Notes under the pieces: model-generated
What the model was told of the DNA's origin: nothing
Databases searched by the model: none
What the model saw: only the letters and a program-made list of their open reading frames with translations
From: an uncultured Rickettsiales bacterium
GTDB taxonomy: Bacteria > Myxococcota_A > UBA796 > UBA9615
Assembly (NCBI GenBank): GCA_964416435.1
Contig: CAYQEG010000004.1
Span: forward strand, 29,378-93,377
DNA length: 64,000 nt
Direction: 5' to 3'
Position numbers and translations under genes: made by a program
Part shown: positions 9,933-19,896 of the stretch, piece by piece
Layout of the letters: each line of letters opens with the position of its first letter
Position numbering within the stretch: the stretch's first letter is position 1

Positions 9933-10973
9933 ATGGCGGCTCGAGGCAGAGGAAAGGCCGACCCGTTCGGTGACGTCCGCGCCGATGTTCGGGGCGGCGA
10001 GCTGAAGCCCATCTACGTGCTGTTCGGCCCCGAACCCCACCTGCAGCGACAGGCCTACGATCTGCTCTTCGCGGCCGCGGTGGCGGGGGGCCCGCGAGGC
10101 TTCAACGAGCAGGTGTTCGAGGGCGGATCGGCGTCGGGTGACGCGATCGCCGGCGCCGCCCAGCACCTGCCGATGATGGCGAGTCGCCGGGTCATCGTCG
10201 TGCGCAACGCGGCCAAGCTCAACGCCGAGTCCCAGGCGCGGCTCGCGGAGTACTGCTCCAACCCGTCCCCCACCACGGTGCTCATCTTCCTGGGCGCGGA
10301 CGGCGCCAAGAAGGTCTTCGACGGCCGCCAGAAGCTGGCCAAGGCGATCAAGAAGCACGGCCGCTGGTGCGAGTTCAGGAAGCTGTACGGGCGCAACCTC
10401 TCGAGCTGGATCGAGGCGGAGGCCGATGCCCTGGGCAAGGCTCTGGAGCGTGGGGGGGCGAGCCTCTTCGAGGACCTGATGGGCAACGACCTGGCCCAGA
10501 TCGCCAACGGCTTGCGGCACGCGGCGCTCTTCGTCGGCGACGACAGCGACCGGATCTCCGTCGAGGATCTGCAGCAGGTGCTCGTGGGGCGCAACACCGA
10601 GGCGCTGTGGGGGCTGCTGGACGCGGTCGGCCAGCGCCGGCGGGAGTCGGCCCTGCGCTGCCTGCAGCTGCTGTGGGGCCAGGGACAGACGCCCTTCTCC
10701 GTCTACAACCTCGTCGCCCGGCGCGTCCGACAGCTGCTCGCGGCCGAGCGGGCGATCGCCCACGGCAGCAGCGGCGACGACGCGCTCCGCGCCGCCGGGG
10801 TGGCGCCCAACATGCTCTGGAAGTGGCGGGATCAGCTCGGCCGTTATCGCCTGGGCGAGCTGCAGCGCGCCAGCAGCCGCATGCTCGCGGCCGAGTCTGC
10901 CCTCAAGGGTGGCTACCGGATCGACCCGAAGTGGTCGGTCGAGACCGCCATCGCCGACGTCATCGGGCGCTAG
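9933..10973 (+). CDS. holA: DNA polymerase III delta subunit
   Basis: The last 346 codons of ORF 7686-10973, starting at ATG 9933. PIYVLFGPEPHLQRQA...MMASRRVIVVRNAAKL is typical of the HolA N-domain. Position directly after leuS matches the common leuS-(lptE)-holA context. Confidence 0.8.
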   Translation: MAARGRGKADPFGDVRADVRGGELKPIYVLFGPEPHLQRQAYDLLFAAAVAGGPRGFNEQVFEGGSASGDAIAGAAQHLPMMASRRVIVVRNAAKLNAESQARLAEYCSNPSPTTVLIFLGADGAKKVFDGRQKLAKAIKKHGRWCEFRKLYGRNLSSWIEAEADALGKALERGGASLFEDLMGNDLAQIANGLRHAALFVGDDSDRISVEDLQQVLVGRNTEALWGLLDAVGQRRRESALRCLQLLWGQGQTPFSVYNLVARRVRQLLAAERAIAHGSSGDDALRAAGVAPNMLWKWRDQLGRYRLGELQRASSRMLAAESALKGGYRIDPKWSVETAIADVIGR

Positions 10974-11132
10974 GAGCCTGGAGCGCATAGCCGCCTGTCG
11001 CCCCGAGGACCGGATGCGCCCGATCCCGGCGTTGCTCCTCGTCGCGCATTCCCGATGCATCTCCTCGTCGCGCCTTGGCCTCGGACGCCCCGGTCTCACG
11101 GGGCTCGGGCTCCAATGCGCTCCAGGCTCCTA
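10971..11132. repeat. perfect 18-bp inverted repeat bracketing 126 bp
   Basis: TAGGAGCCTGGAGCGCAT (10971-10988) is the exact reverse complement of ATGCGCTCCAGGCTCCTA (11115-11132). The interior carries a 13-nt direct repeat CTCCTCGTCGCGC (11035-11047 and 11061-11073) and a GCCCCG/CGGGGC hairpin (11087-11104). Confidence 0.85.
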
Positions 11133-11144
11133 GACCACCTCACC

Positions 11145-11194
11145 AAGCAGACGAGGCCGGAGGGGGCTTTCCCTCCGGCCTCGAGCTTCTGCTT
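11145..11194. terminator. bidirectional intrinsic-terminator-like hairpin between holA and rpsT
   Basis: CGAGGCCGGAGGG-ggcttt-CCCTCCGGCCTCG, a 13-bp GC-rich stem at 11152-11183, extended by AAGCAGA/TCTGCTT. It lies about 50 nt downstream of the rpsT stop on the minus strand, and T-containing tracts follow on both strands. Confidence 0.6.
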
Positions 11195-11243
11195 CAGCGG
11201 GTGCGTGGTCTGCGTCTGCGCCTGCGCGAGTCTCTGCGTACTG

Positions 11244-11516
11244 CTAGGCCCCTGCGGACAGCTTGTTGTAAGCCGCCTGGAGCCGGGAAATCTTGCGGGA
11301 GGCCGTGTTCTTGTGAATCACGCCCTTGGACTGGGCACGGTCGGTGAGGCTGATCGCCGCACCCAGGGCCGCGCCAGCGGCTTCCACGTCGTTCGCGGCG
11401 AGGGCCGCTCGGAACTTCTTGACCTGCGTGCGCATGCGACCGCGGTGCAGGCGGTTGCGGAGGCGGCGCTTGTGGTTCTGCCGCACTCGCTTGAGCGCGC
11501 TCTTGTGGTTCGCCAT
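11244..11516 (-). CDS. rpsT: 30S ribosomal protein S20
   Basis: 90 aa. [22 protein letters not shown]... is the characteristic S20 N-terminus. Confidence 0.93.
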   Translation of the reverse strand: MANHKSALKRVRQNHKRRLRNRLHRGRMRTQVKKFRAALAANDVEAAGAALGAAISLTDRAQSKGVIHKNTASRKISRLQAAYNKLSAGA

Positions 11517-11590
11517 CGAGTTCTTCTCCGGTTCGCTTTCGCACGTCCTTGCGGGACATGCTGTCCGCCGGTGTCCCGACGAGCCGGCAG

Positions 11591-11619
11591 CTTTTATCGG
11601 ACCAGTTCGGGGGTGTCAA
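11591..11619 (-). promoter_or_regulatory. sigma70-type promoter candidate for rpsT
   Basis: The minus strand reads TTGACA (11619-11614), 17 nt, TAAAAG (11596-11591), about 75 nt upstream of the rpsT ATG. Confidence 0.5.
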
Positions 11620-11683
11620 CGGTCATTTGCGCCAAATTCGGGGCCGTCCGGTGCGGCCGGGTGTGGCCCCCGGCGGCCCCTTG

Positions 11684-13507
11684 ATGTACAAGGCGGCGGC
11701 CGTGTCGGACCTCTCCCACATCCGCAACTTCGCGATCATCGCGCACGTCGACCATGGCAAGTCGACGCTCGCCGACCGGATGATCGAGCTCACCGGCAGC
11801 GTCTCCGATCGCGAGATGAAGGCCCAGTACCTCGACTCCATGGACCTGGAGCGGGAGCGCGGCATCACGATCAAGGCCAACACCGTCCGGCTCGACTACA
11901 AGGCCGACGATGGTGAGACCTACCAGCTCAACCTGATCGACACCCCCGGCCACGTCGACTTCAGCTACGAGGTCTCCCGGTCCCTCGCCGCCTGCGAGGG
12001 CGTGCTGCTGGTCGTCGACGCCGCCCAGGGCATCCAGGCGCAGACGCTGGCCAACATCTACCTCGCCCTCGAGGCGGACCTGGAGCAGGTCCCGGTGCTC
12101 AACAAGATCGACCTGCCGGGGGCCGACCCCGACGCGGTGGTCGAGGAGCTCGAGGACCACGTCGGCGTCGACTGCACCCACGCGGTGCACGCCTCAGCGA
12201 AGACGGGCCTGGGCGTGCGGGACTGCCTGGAGGCGGTGGTCGCCCACATCCCCGCGCCGACGGGTGACCGCGAGGCGCCGCTCCGGGTGCTGATCATCGA
12301 CTCCTGGTACGACAGCTACCAGGGGGTCATCTGCCTGGTGCGCGTCGTCGACGGCGTGCTCCGCAAGCGCCAGAAGATCCGGTTCATGTCGACCCGGAAC
12401 GAGGTCGAGGTCAACGCGCTGGCCGTCAAGGCCCCGGCGTCGGTCGCGGTCGAGGAGCTCGGCGCCGGCGAAGTGGGCCTGGTGGTCACGGGCATCAAGG
12501 ACATCGGGGAGACCCGGGTCGGCGACACCGTGACGGATCCCCGCAACCCGTGCGAAGAGCCGCTGTCCGGCTTCCGCGAGCCCCAGCAGATGGTGTTCGC
12601 GGGCGTGTTCCCGGTCGACCCTGCCGACTACGACGACCTGCGGGACGCGCTGACGAAGCTGTCGCTCAACGACGCCTCCTTCTCGTGGGAACCGGAGACG
12701 TCGGAGGCGCTCGGCTTCGGCTTCCGCTGTGGCTTCCTCGGTCTGCTCCACATGGAGATCATCCAGGAGCGGCTGGAGCGCGAGTACGAGCTCAACCTCA
12801 TCACCACCGCGCCCAACGTCGTCTACAAGGCGCGCCTCAAGGAGACGGGCGAGGAGCTGGAGCTGCATCGTCCCAGCGACGTGCCCGACGCGCTGGTCCT
12901 GCAGGACATGTCCGAGCCCCGGGTCCACGCCCGGGTGCACGTGCCGGCCGAGCACGTCGGCTCGGTCATCCGCCTGTGCGAGGAGAAGCGGGGCCGCCAG
13001 CTGGGCATGGAGTACCTCTCGGCGACCAAGGTGGTGGTCCAGTACGACCTGCCGTTCGCGGAGATCGTCTTCGACTTCTACGACAAGCTGAAGTCCGCCA
13101 CCCGCGGCTATGCGTCCCTGGACTACGAGCTCGCCAGCTTCGAGGTCGCGCCGCTGGTCAAGATGGACATCCTCGTCAACAGCGAGGTCGTCGACGCCCT
13201 GAGCGTCATCTGTCACCGGGACCGCGCCTTCGGCATGGGTCAGAAGCTCACGAGCAAGCTGAAGGAATACATCCCCCGCCAGATGTTTCAGGTACCCATC
13301 CAGGCCGCGATCGGGCGCAAGGTAATCGCGCGCACCAACATCAAGGCCTTTCGAAAGAACGTGACGGCCAAATGTTACGGCGGCGACATCTCCCGCAAGC
13401 GGAAGCTGCTGGAGAAGCAGAAGAAGGGCAAGGCGCGCATGAAGGCGGTGGGATCGGTGGAGATCCCGCAGGAGGCCTTCTTCGCGGTGCTCAAGCTGGA
13501 CGAATGA
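11684..13507 (+). CDS. lepA: translation elongation factor 4
   Basis: [20 protein letters not shown] (G1), DTPGHVDF (G3), NKID (G4) and the LepA C-terminal domain. ATG 11684 gives about 607 aa. Confidence 0.95.
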   Translation: MYKAAAVSDLSHIRNFAIIAHVDHGKSTLADRMIELTGSVSDREMKAQYLDSMDLERERGITIKANTVRLDYKADDGETYQLNLIDTPGHVDFSYEVSRSLAACEGVLLVVDAAQGIQAQTLANIYLALEADLEQVPVLNKIDLPGADPDAVVEELEDHVGVDCTHAVHASAKTGLGVRDCLEAVVAHIPAPTGDREAPLRVLIIDSWYDSYQGVICLVRVVDGVLRKRQKIRFMSTRNEVEVNALAVKAPASVAVEELGAGEVGLVVTGIKDIGETRVGDTVTDPRNPCEEPLSGFREPQQMVFAGVFPVDPADYDDLRDALTKLSLNDASFSWEPETSEALGFGFRCGFLGLLHMEIIQERLEREYELNLITTAPNVVYKARLKETGEELELHRPSDVPDALVLQDMSEPRVHARVHVPAEHVGSVIRLCEEKRGRQLGMEYLSATKVVVQYDLPFAEIVFDFYDKLKSATRGYASLDYELASFEVAPLVKMDILVNSEVVDALSVICHRDRAFGMGQKLTSKLKEYIPRQMFQVPIQAAIGRKVIARTNIKAFRKNVTAKCYGGDISRKRKLLEKQKKGKARMKAVGSVEIPQEAFFAVLKLDE

Positions 13508-14265
13508 GCGACGAACCCACGACGAGCGAAGTCCCGCCCAACCCGGCCGGCAAGCCGAAGTCGACGTTCCGCGAGTACGTCGAGGCGATCGGCATCGCCC
13601 TCTCCGTCGCCCTGCTGCTCCGCTTCTTCGTCATCGAGGCGTTCAAGATCCCGTCCGGTTCGATGGTCGAGACGCTGGCGATCGGTGACTTCATCTTCGT
13701 CAACAAGCTCAGCTACCGCAGCGAGATCCCCTACGCCTTCCTCGGCCGTCGCATCCCCAAGGGGGGCACTACGCTGCTGGAGTGGGACGAGCCGGACCGC
13801 GGCGACGTCGTCGTGTTCCGATACCCCAACGACCAGAAGGTCGACTACATCAAGCGGGTCGTCGCCCTGGAGGGGGACGTGGTCGAGGTGCGCGGCGGGG
13901 TGCTGTTCATCAACGATGAGGAGCACACGCGCACCTACGAGCGGGAGTACCGCTACCAGTCCCAGAGCTGCGGCGAAGAACGGGTCCGGCTCTACTCGGA
14001 GACCAGCCCCACCGGCAAGACCTACTCGGTGCTCGCCAAGGACGGCGTGCAGGCGGGTGAGAACTTCGGCCCGATCACGGTGCGGGACGACCACTTCTTC
14101 GCGATGGGGGACAACCGCGACAACAGCAGCGACAGCCGCGTGTTCGGGCAGGTCCCGATCCGGTACGTGAAGGGGCGGGCGATGTTCGTCTGGCTGTCGA
14201 TGAACCGCTGCGGGGAGTGGCTCGGCAAGGTCCGCTGGAAACGCTTCTTCCACCGGGTTCGGTAG
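13504..14265 (+). CDS. lepB: signal peptidase I
   Basis: [10 protein letters not shown] (catalytic Ser box), [11 protein letters not shown] (Lys box) and [11 protein letters not shown] box. ATGA overlap with the lepA stop. Confidence 0.9.
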   Translation: MSDEPTTSEVPPNPAGKPKSTFREYVEAIGIALSVALLLRFFVIEAFKIPSGSMVETLAIGDFIFVNKLSYRSEIPYAFLGRRIPKGGTTLLEWDEPDRGDVVVFRYPNDQKVDYIKRVVALEGDVVEVRGGVLFINDEEHTRTYEREYRYQSQSCGEERVRLYSETSPTGKTYSVLAKDGVQAGENFGPITVRDDHFFAMGDNRDNSSDSRVFGQVPIRYVKGRAMFVWLSMNRCGEWLGKVRWKRFFHRVR

Positions 14266-14312
14266 CGCTGGAAAATAGCGTGCGCTGACCCCTTGCGAGC
14301 GCCTCGCGATCG

Positions 14313-14879
14313 ATGCAAGGTGCCCCCGGTTTGAGCGCCTCCCAGCAAATCCTGGACGGCAACGGAGTGCGGCGCTGCCTGCGCCGGATGGCCTCCGAGA
14401 TCGTGGACGTCTGTCCGTCCGATGTGCCGATCTCGCTGGTCGGGATCCGGCGCGGCGGGGTCCCCCTGGCCGAGCGCCTCGCGGACCTGATCGCCGAGGC
14501 GGAGGGCGCGCGCCCCAGCGTCGGCGCCATCGACATCACCCTGTACCGCGACGACCTGTACACCGGCCTCGAGAGCCCCACGTTCGGCGAGACCGAGCTC
14601 CCGGGGGACATGGAGGGCACCGGGATCGTGCTCGTCGACGACGTGCTCTACACGGGGCGGACCGTGCGGGCCGCCATGGGCGTGGTGCACGACTACGGGC
14701 GACCGCGCTGGATCAAGCTCGCGGTGCTCGTCGACCGGGGCTGGCGGGAGCTTCCGATCCAGGCGGACTTCGTCGGTCGCACGATCAAGTCCGAGCGGAG
14801 CGACCGGATCGAGGTCGAGGCGGCGGACTCGGCGGGTCAGTCCGACCGCGTGGTCCTGCACCCCGGAGGGGCGGCGTGA
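14313..14879 (+). CDS. pyrR: pyrimidine operon regulator / uracil phosphoribosyltransferase
   Basis: [15 protein letters not shown] and the PRPP-binding loop [16 protein letters not shown]. Located directly upstream of pyrB-pyrC. Confidence 0.9.
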   Translation: MQGAPGLSASQQILDGNGVRRCLRRMASEIVDVCPSDVPISLVGIRRGGVPLAERLADLIAEAEGARPSVGAIDITLYRDDLYTGLESPTFGETELPGDMEGTGIVLVDDVLYTGRTVRAAMGVVHDYGRPRWIKLAVLVDRGWRELPIQADFVGRTIKSERSDRIEVEAADSAGQSDRVVLHPGGAA

Positions 14880-15859
14880 CCCGCTACGACGAGACCGGCA
14901 CCGGCTTCGCGCGCAAGGACCTGCTCGGCCTGCAGCACCTCTCGGCGGACGAGATCTCGCACATCCTGGACGTCGCCGACCAGTTCCGGGAGCTGAACCT
15001 CCGCACGATCAAGAAGGTCCCGACGCTGCGCGGCAAGTCGGTCGTGCACCTGTTCCTGGAGCCGTCGACGCGGACCAAGGTCTCCTTCGACATCGCCGCG
15101 AAGCGGATGTCGGCGGACACCTTCAGCATCAGCGGCGGCAGCAGCTCCGCCACCAAGGGCGAGACGCTCCTGGACACCGCGAAGAACCTCGCCGCGATGC
15201 ACCCCGACGTCATCGTCGTGCGGCACCGCCGGGCGGGTGGCGCGGCGCTCCTGAGCAGGGAGCTGCCCGGGACCTGCATCATCAACGCCGGAGACGGTCG
15301 CCACGAGCACCCGACCCAGGGGCTGCTCGACCTGCTGACCATCCGGCGCGCCCTGGGCGGCATCCGCGGTCGGACGGTCACCATCGTCGGCGACATCACC
15401 CACTCGCGGGTGGCGCGCTCGAACATCTGGGGCCTCACCAAGCTCGGCGCCAAGGTCCGCGTCTGCGGGCCGCGCACGCTCATCCCGATGGGGGTGGAGC
15501 AGATGGGGGTCGAGGTGCACGACCAGCTCCGCAGCGGCATCGACGGGGCGGACGTGGTGATGATGCTCCGGATCCAGAAGGAGCGGCTGAGCCGCGGCGG
15601 GCACTACTTCCCGTCGTCGCGCGAGTACTCCCGCCGCTTCGGCCTCAACCGGGACAAGCTGACCCGCTGGGCGCGCAAGGACGTGGTGATCATGCACCCC
15701 GGCCCCGTCAACCGGGGAGTCGAACTCGAGGCCGAGGTGGCCGACGGCGACTGGTCGGTGATCCTCGACCAGGTCGAGAACGGCGTCGCGGTCCGCATGG
15801 CGGCGATGTACCTGGTGCTCGGCGGAGAGCGCTCCGCCCGCAAGGAGGGGCGAGGCTGA
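14876..15859 (+). CDS. pyrB: aspartate carbamoyltransferase catalytic subunit
   Basis: [12 protein letters not shown] (STRT motif), [20 protein letters not shown] overlap with the pyrR stop. Confidence 0.93.
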   Translation: MTRYDETGTGFARKDLLGLQHLSADEISHILDVADQFRELNLRTIKKVPTLRGKSVVHLFLEPSTRTKVSFDIAAKRMSADTFSISGGSSSATKGETLLDTAKNLAAMHPDVIVVRHRRAGGAALLSRELPGTCIINAGDGRHEHPTQGLLDLLTIRRALGGIRGRTVTIVGDITHSRVARSNIWGLTKLGAKVRVCGPRTLIPMGVEQMGVEVHDQLRSGIDGADVVMMLRIQKERLSRGGHYFPSSREYSRRFGLNRDKLTRWARKDVVIMHPGPVNRGVELEAEVADGDWSVILDQVENGVAVRMAAMYLVLGGERSARKEGRG

Positions 15860-17199
15860 TGGCGGCTGGACGAGCCATGGTCGTGCGCGGCGGCCGCGTC
15901 ATCGATCCCGCCTCGGGGCTCGACGAGGTCACCGACGTCCTGATCGGCGCCGACGGCAAGATCGCCGGGATCGGCCCGGGCCTGGACGCCCCCCGCGGGG
16001 CGGAGGTGGTCCGGGCGAAGGGGCACTGGGTCCTGCCCGGCTTCGTCGATCTGCACGTCCACTTCCGCGAGCCGGGCCACGAGTACAAGGAGACGGTCGA
16101 GACCGGCTCACGGGCCGCGGTGTCCGGCGGCTTCACGACCGTCTGCTGCATGGCCAACACCACGCCGGTCAACGACAGCGGCGCGGTGACCCGGTACATC
16201 GTCGAGAAGGCGAACGCCTGCGGTCTCTGCCGGGTGCTCCCCATCGGGGCGGTGTCCCGGGGGATGAAGGGCGGGGAGCTCGCCGAGATCGGCGACATGG
16301 TCGACCAGGGTGCCGTCGCGGTGTCCGACGACGGCCTGCCCGTCATGGACGCCCACCTGATGCGGCGCGCGCTCGAGTACGCCCGGACCATCGGCGTGCC
16401 GGTGGTCGTGCACGAAGAGGATTCGTGCCTGTCCGGCGGCTGCATGCACGAAGGGCCGGTCTCCACCGAGCTCGGCCTGCAGGGCATCCCCGGCGCGGCC
16501 GAGGACGTGATGGTCGCGCGGGACATCATCCTCGCCGAGCTGACCGGCGGGCACGTCCACGTCGCCCACGTCTCCACCGCCGGCGCGGTGCGCATGATCC
16601 GCGACGCCCGGGAGCGCGGCATCCACGTCACGACCGAGGTGACGCCGCACCACTTCACGCTCACGGACGAGGCGGTCCGGGGGTACGACACGTCGTACAA
16701 GATGGCGCCCCCGCTGCGGGCCGGCGCAGACGTCGAGGCGGTCATCGAGGCGATGAACGACGGCACGATCGCCGCCATCGCCACCGACCACGCCCCCCAC
16801 TCCACGATCGAGAAGGAGGTCGAGTTCGAGCTCGCGTCCTTCGGCGTGATCGGGCTGGAGACGGCGTGGGGGCTGACGTACCGGCTGGTCCAGGCCGGCC
16901 ACATCGACCTGATGACGGCCGTGCGCATGCTCACGTCGGGCCCGGCCGAGACGTTCGGGCTGGACGTCGGGCGGCTCGCCGTCGGCGCCCCCGGCGACGT
17001 GACGATCATCGACCCCGACGGTCACCAGGACGTGAGCCGGGCGACCCTGTACGGCAAGTCCGACAACACGCCGTTCCTGGGGTGGCAGCTGCCGACGCGC
17101 GTCGAACGCACCATCTTCGGCGGTCGCACCGTCTACGAGTGGGACGGCGAGCGGGGCCACGTCGGTCTCGACGACGACCGGGGCCTGCTCACGCTCTGA
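15859..17199 (+). CDS. pyrC: dihydroorotase
   Basis: GFVDLHVHFREPG (HxH metal site), TDHAPH. The start ATG shares one base with the pyrB TGA. Confidence 0.92.
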   Translation: MAAGRAMVVRGGRVIDPASGLDEVTDVLIGADGKIAGIGPGLDAPRGAEVVRAKGHWVLPGFVDLHVHFREPGHEYKETVETGSRAAVSGGFTTVCCMANTTPVNDSGAVTRYIVEKANACGLCRVLPIGAVSRGMKGGELAEIGDMVDQGAVAVSDDGLPVMDAHLMRRALEYARTIGVPVVVHEEDSCLSGGCMHEGPVSTELGLQGIPGAAEDVMVARDIILAELTGGHVHVAHVSTAGAVRMIRDARERGIHVTTEVTPHHFTLTDEAVRGYDTSYKMAPPLRAGADVEAVIEAMNDGTIAAIATDHAPHSTIEKEVEFELASFGVIGLETAWGLTYRLVQAGHIDLMTAVRMLTSGPAETFGLDVGRLAVGAPGDVTIIDPDGHQDVSRATLYGKSDNTPFLGWQLPTRVERTIFGGRTVYEWDGERGHVGLDDDRGLLTL

Positions 17200-17271
17200 G
17201 CGACCGCCAGCGCACACAGAGCTTGCGCTGAGCCGCGTCGTCACTACACTCCCCGCTTCTTTGGAGGCGCC

Positions 17272-17748
17272 GTGTTGAAGAGGTACCCGATCACTCCCGC
17301 AGGTCACATCGCGCTCAAGGCCGAGGTCCGCCGGCTCGTCGAGGTGGAGCGACCGGCCATCGTCAAGGCGATCGAGGTGGCGCGCGCCCACGGCGACCTG
17401 AGCGAGAACGCCGAGTACGACTACGCCAAGGACAAGCAGGGGATGATCGAGGCGATGATCCGCGACCTGGAGGCGAAGCTCTCGATGGCCGAGGTCATCG
17501 ATCCGAGCCAGCTCGAGGGCGACCGGGTCATGTTCGGAGCGCGGGTCAGCCTCGAGGACGTCGACACGGACGAGTCGCTGACCTACCAGCTGGTCGGGGG
17601 CTTCGAGTCGGACGTCAGCAAGGGCAAGATCTCGATCGAGTCGCCCATCGGCCGCGCCCTGCTGGGCAAGGAGATCGACGACGAGGTCATCATCCGCGTG
17701 CCCAAGGGCGACCGCACCGTGGTCATCACGGACGTCGTCTACGAGTGA
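17272..17748 (+). CDS. greA: transcription elongation factor GreA
   Basis: 158 aa. ARAHGDLSENAEYDYAKDKQ is the coiled-coil tip motif. GGAGG lies upstream of the GTG start. Confidence 0.93.
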   Translation: MLKRYPITPAGHIALKAEVRRLVEVERPAIVKAIEVARAHGDLSENAEYDYAKDKQGMIEAMIRDLEAKLSMAEVIDPSQLEGDRVMFGARVSLEDVDTDESLTYQLVGGFESDVSKGKISIESPIGRALLGKEIDDEVIIRVPKGDRTVVITDVVYE

Positions 17749-17764
17749 CCGCGAAGGCGGCGCC

Positions 17765-19831
17765 ATGAGCGACGCGGCGGTCCCCGTCGATCGCCTCAAG
17801 GGCGTCGGTCCCGTCAAGCGGGACGCGCTGAGCACCGCGGGCCTGCACACCGTCGCGGATCTGCTCCACCACCTCCCTCGCCGCTACCAGGACCGCAGCT
17901 CGGCCACCCCGATCCGGGAGCTGAAGCCCGGCGTCGACGCGGTCGTGTTCGGCGAGGTGACCGGTGTGCGCAGCGGCCGAGGCCGTCGGATGCGGTTCCT
18001 GGAGGTGGCGGTCAGCGACGGCACCGGCAGCGTGCTCGCGACCTGGTTCCGGCCCGCGCCCTGGGTGCGCAAGGCGTTCAGCCGAGGCGACCGGGTCTGC
18101 CTGCTCGGCGCGGTCGACAAGCGGGGACCGCCGCTCCGTCTCACGCACCCGGAGTTCGAACGGGCGGACGCCCGGACCGAAGGAGTGCACCGCGGAATCG
18201 TGGTGCCGGTCTACTCGCTGCCCGACGGCATCGGTCAGCGCACCCTGCGCAGCCTCATCCACCGGGCGTTCGAAGACTTCGCGACGGGGGTGCCGGACCG
18301 GGTGCCCGGCGGGCTCCGGACCCGGCTGGGGCTGCCGACCCGGGCGGAGGCCCTCCGAGCGGTGCACTTCCCCGACGGGGTGGACGACGTACCGGCGCTC
18401 CAGGCCGGTCGACACCCCGCCCACGAGGCGCTGCTGTGGGAGGACCTGTTCGTGCTGCAGGTCGCGCTGCGTCGTCGGCGGGAGGAGCTCGCGGCGCGGG
18501 GCGGGCCGGCCTCGCCCGACCCCCCGGGGGACCTGCGGGACGCCCTGGCGGGGGCGCTCCCGTTCCCGCTCACCGGGGCCCAGCGGCGGGTCCTGGACGA
18601 GCTGCGGCTCGACATGGCGTCGGGCCGGCCGATGCAGCGGCTGCTCCAGGGGGACGTCGGGGCCGGCAAGACCGTGACGGCGCTGCTCGCCGCGGCGGAC
18701 GTAGTCGAAGCGGGGGGGCAGGCGGCGGTGCTCGCCCCGACGGAGGTGCTGGCGGGCCAGTGGCTGCAGCGGGCCCGTGCGCTGTACGGCGACGACCGGG
18801 TGGCGATGCTCACGGGCGGGCAGGGGGCGGCCGAGCGCCGGGCCCAGCGGGCCCGCGTCGCGGCGGGTGAGGTCGCGATCGTGGTGGGCACCCACGCGCT
18901 GTTCCAGGAGGGCGTGGAGTTCGCCGCCCTGGAGCTCGCCGTGGTCGACGAGCAGCACCGCTTCGGGGTGTTCCAGCGCGCGCGCTTGACCGAGAAGGGG
19001 CCGGAGCCCCACCTGCTGGCGATGACCGCGACCCCGATCCCCCGGTCGCTCGCCCTGACGATGTTCGGCGACCTCGACCTGTCGGTGCTCGACGAGCGGC
19101 CTGCGCGCGGCGAACGGCGGACGGGCCTGTGGCCGACGGAGCGCCAGGGGGAGGCGTGGCAGGTGGTGCGGTCGGCCGTGGACGCGGGGGAGCGGGCGTT
19201 CGTCGTCTGTCCCCGGGTCGACGGTCGCGGGGATGGCCACGCCGCGGTGCCGACCGCCGAGCGGCTGGCCGACGGGCCGCTGGCGGGGCTGCGCGTGGGC
19301 GTGCTCCACGGCCGGATGGACTCGGCCGCCAAGGAGCGGGCGCTGGAGCTGTTCCGGGCCGGGCGGATCCAGGTCCTCGTCGGAACGACGGTGGTCGAGG
19401 TCGGCGTAGACGTGTCGGAGGCGACGGTGATGGTGGTGCTCGACGCGGATCGCTTCGGCCTCGCCCAGCTGCACCAGCTCCGCGGGCGGATCGGACGGAG
19501 CGAGCGCGGCGGGCGCTGCCTGTTGCTGACCGATCGGCCCGCCGAGCACGAGCGCCTCGCCGTCCTCTGCTCGACGGACGACGGCTTCGAGATCGCCGAC
19601 CACGACCTGGCGATTCGAGGCCCCGGCGACCTCGTCGGGGCCCGCCAGTCCGGCGCCCCGGCGTTCCGGCTGTCGACCACCCCACGGTTCGGGGAGCTGC
19701 TCGAGGCGGCGCGGGTCGAGGCGAAGGCGGTGGCGGCGAGGCCCGACTACGAGACCGCGGCGGAGCTGGAGCCGCTCCGCGCCGCCGTCGCCGTACGCCT
19801 CGCCCAGGGGCCGGCCGCCCGCGCCGGCTGA
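17765..19831 (+). CDS. recG: ATP-dependent DNA helicase RecG
   Basis: N-terminal wedge/OB region, then LLQGDVGAGKT (Walker A), VDEQHRFG (DEQH box), and helicase C with QLHQLRGRIGRS. Confidence 0.92.
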   Translation: MSDAAVPVDRLKGVGPVKRDALSTAGLHTVADLLHHLPRRYQDRSSATPIRELKPGVDAVVFGEVTGVRSGRGRRMRFLEVAVSDGTGSVLATWFRPAPWVRKAFSRGDRVCLLGAVDKRGPPLRLTHPEFERADARTEGVHRGIVVPVYSLPDGIGQRTLRSLIHRAFEDFATGVPDRVPGGLRTRLGLPTRAEALRAVHFPDGVDDVPALQAGRHPAHEALLWEDLFVLQVALRRRREELAARGGPASPDPPGDLRDALAGALPFPLTGAQRRVLDELRLDMASGRPMQRLLQGDVGAGKTVTALLAAADVVEAGGQAAVLAPTEVLAGQWLQRARALYGDDRVAMLTGGQGAAERRAQRARVAAGEVAIVVGTHALFQEGVEFAALELAVVDEQHRFGVFQRARLTEKGPEPHLLAMTATPIPRSLALTMFGDLDLSVLDERPARGERRTGLWPTERQGEAWQVVRSAVDAGERAFVVCPRVDGRGDGHAAVPTAERLADGPLAGLRVGVLHGRMDSAAKERALELFRAGRIQVLVGTTVVEVGVDVSEATVMVVLDADRFGLAQLHQLRGRIGRSERGGRCLLLTDRPAEHERLAVLCSTDDGFEIADHDLAIRGPGDLVGARQSGAPAFRLSTTPRFGELLEAARVEAKAVAARPDYETAAELEPLRAAVAVRLAQGPAARAG

Positions 19832-19896
19832 GCGTCCGAGCGCTCCTTGCTCCGCCGCGTCGGCTCGACTACAACCGGCCGCCTCGGAGGAAGCCG

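Noticed and set aside
11055-11916. Plus-strand ORFs of 209 aa and 196 aa across rpsT and the rpsT-lepA spacer.
   Set aside because: They are antisense to the clearly identifiable S20 gene and span an intergenic promoter region. Their composition is not protein-like.
14266-14312. I looked for a PyrR-binding RNA loop (the UCCAGAGAGG-type anti-antiterminator) upstream of pyrR-pyrB-pyrC.
   Set aside because: I found no such sequence and no terminator/antiterminator pair in the 47-nt leader or at the overlapping pyrR/pyrB/pyrC junctions. PyrR may act elsewhere or only as a UPRTase here, so no regulatory feature is called.
17208-17230. The CAGCGCA-N9-TGCGCTG hairpin after pyrC, as a possible terminator.
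   Set aside because: It has only a 7-bp stem and no T-tract, and greA follows 40 nt later with its own SD. That is too weak to annotate.
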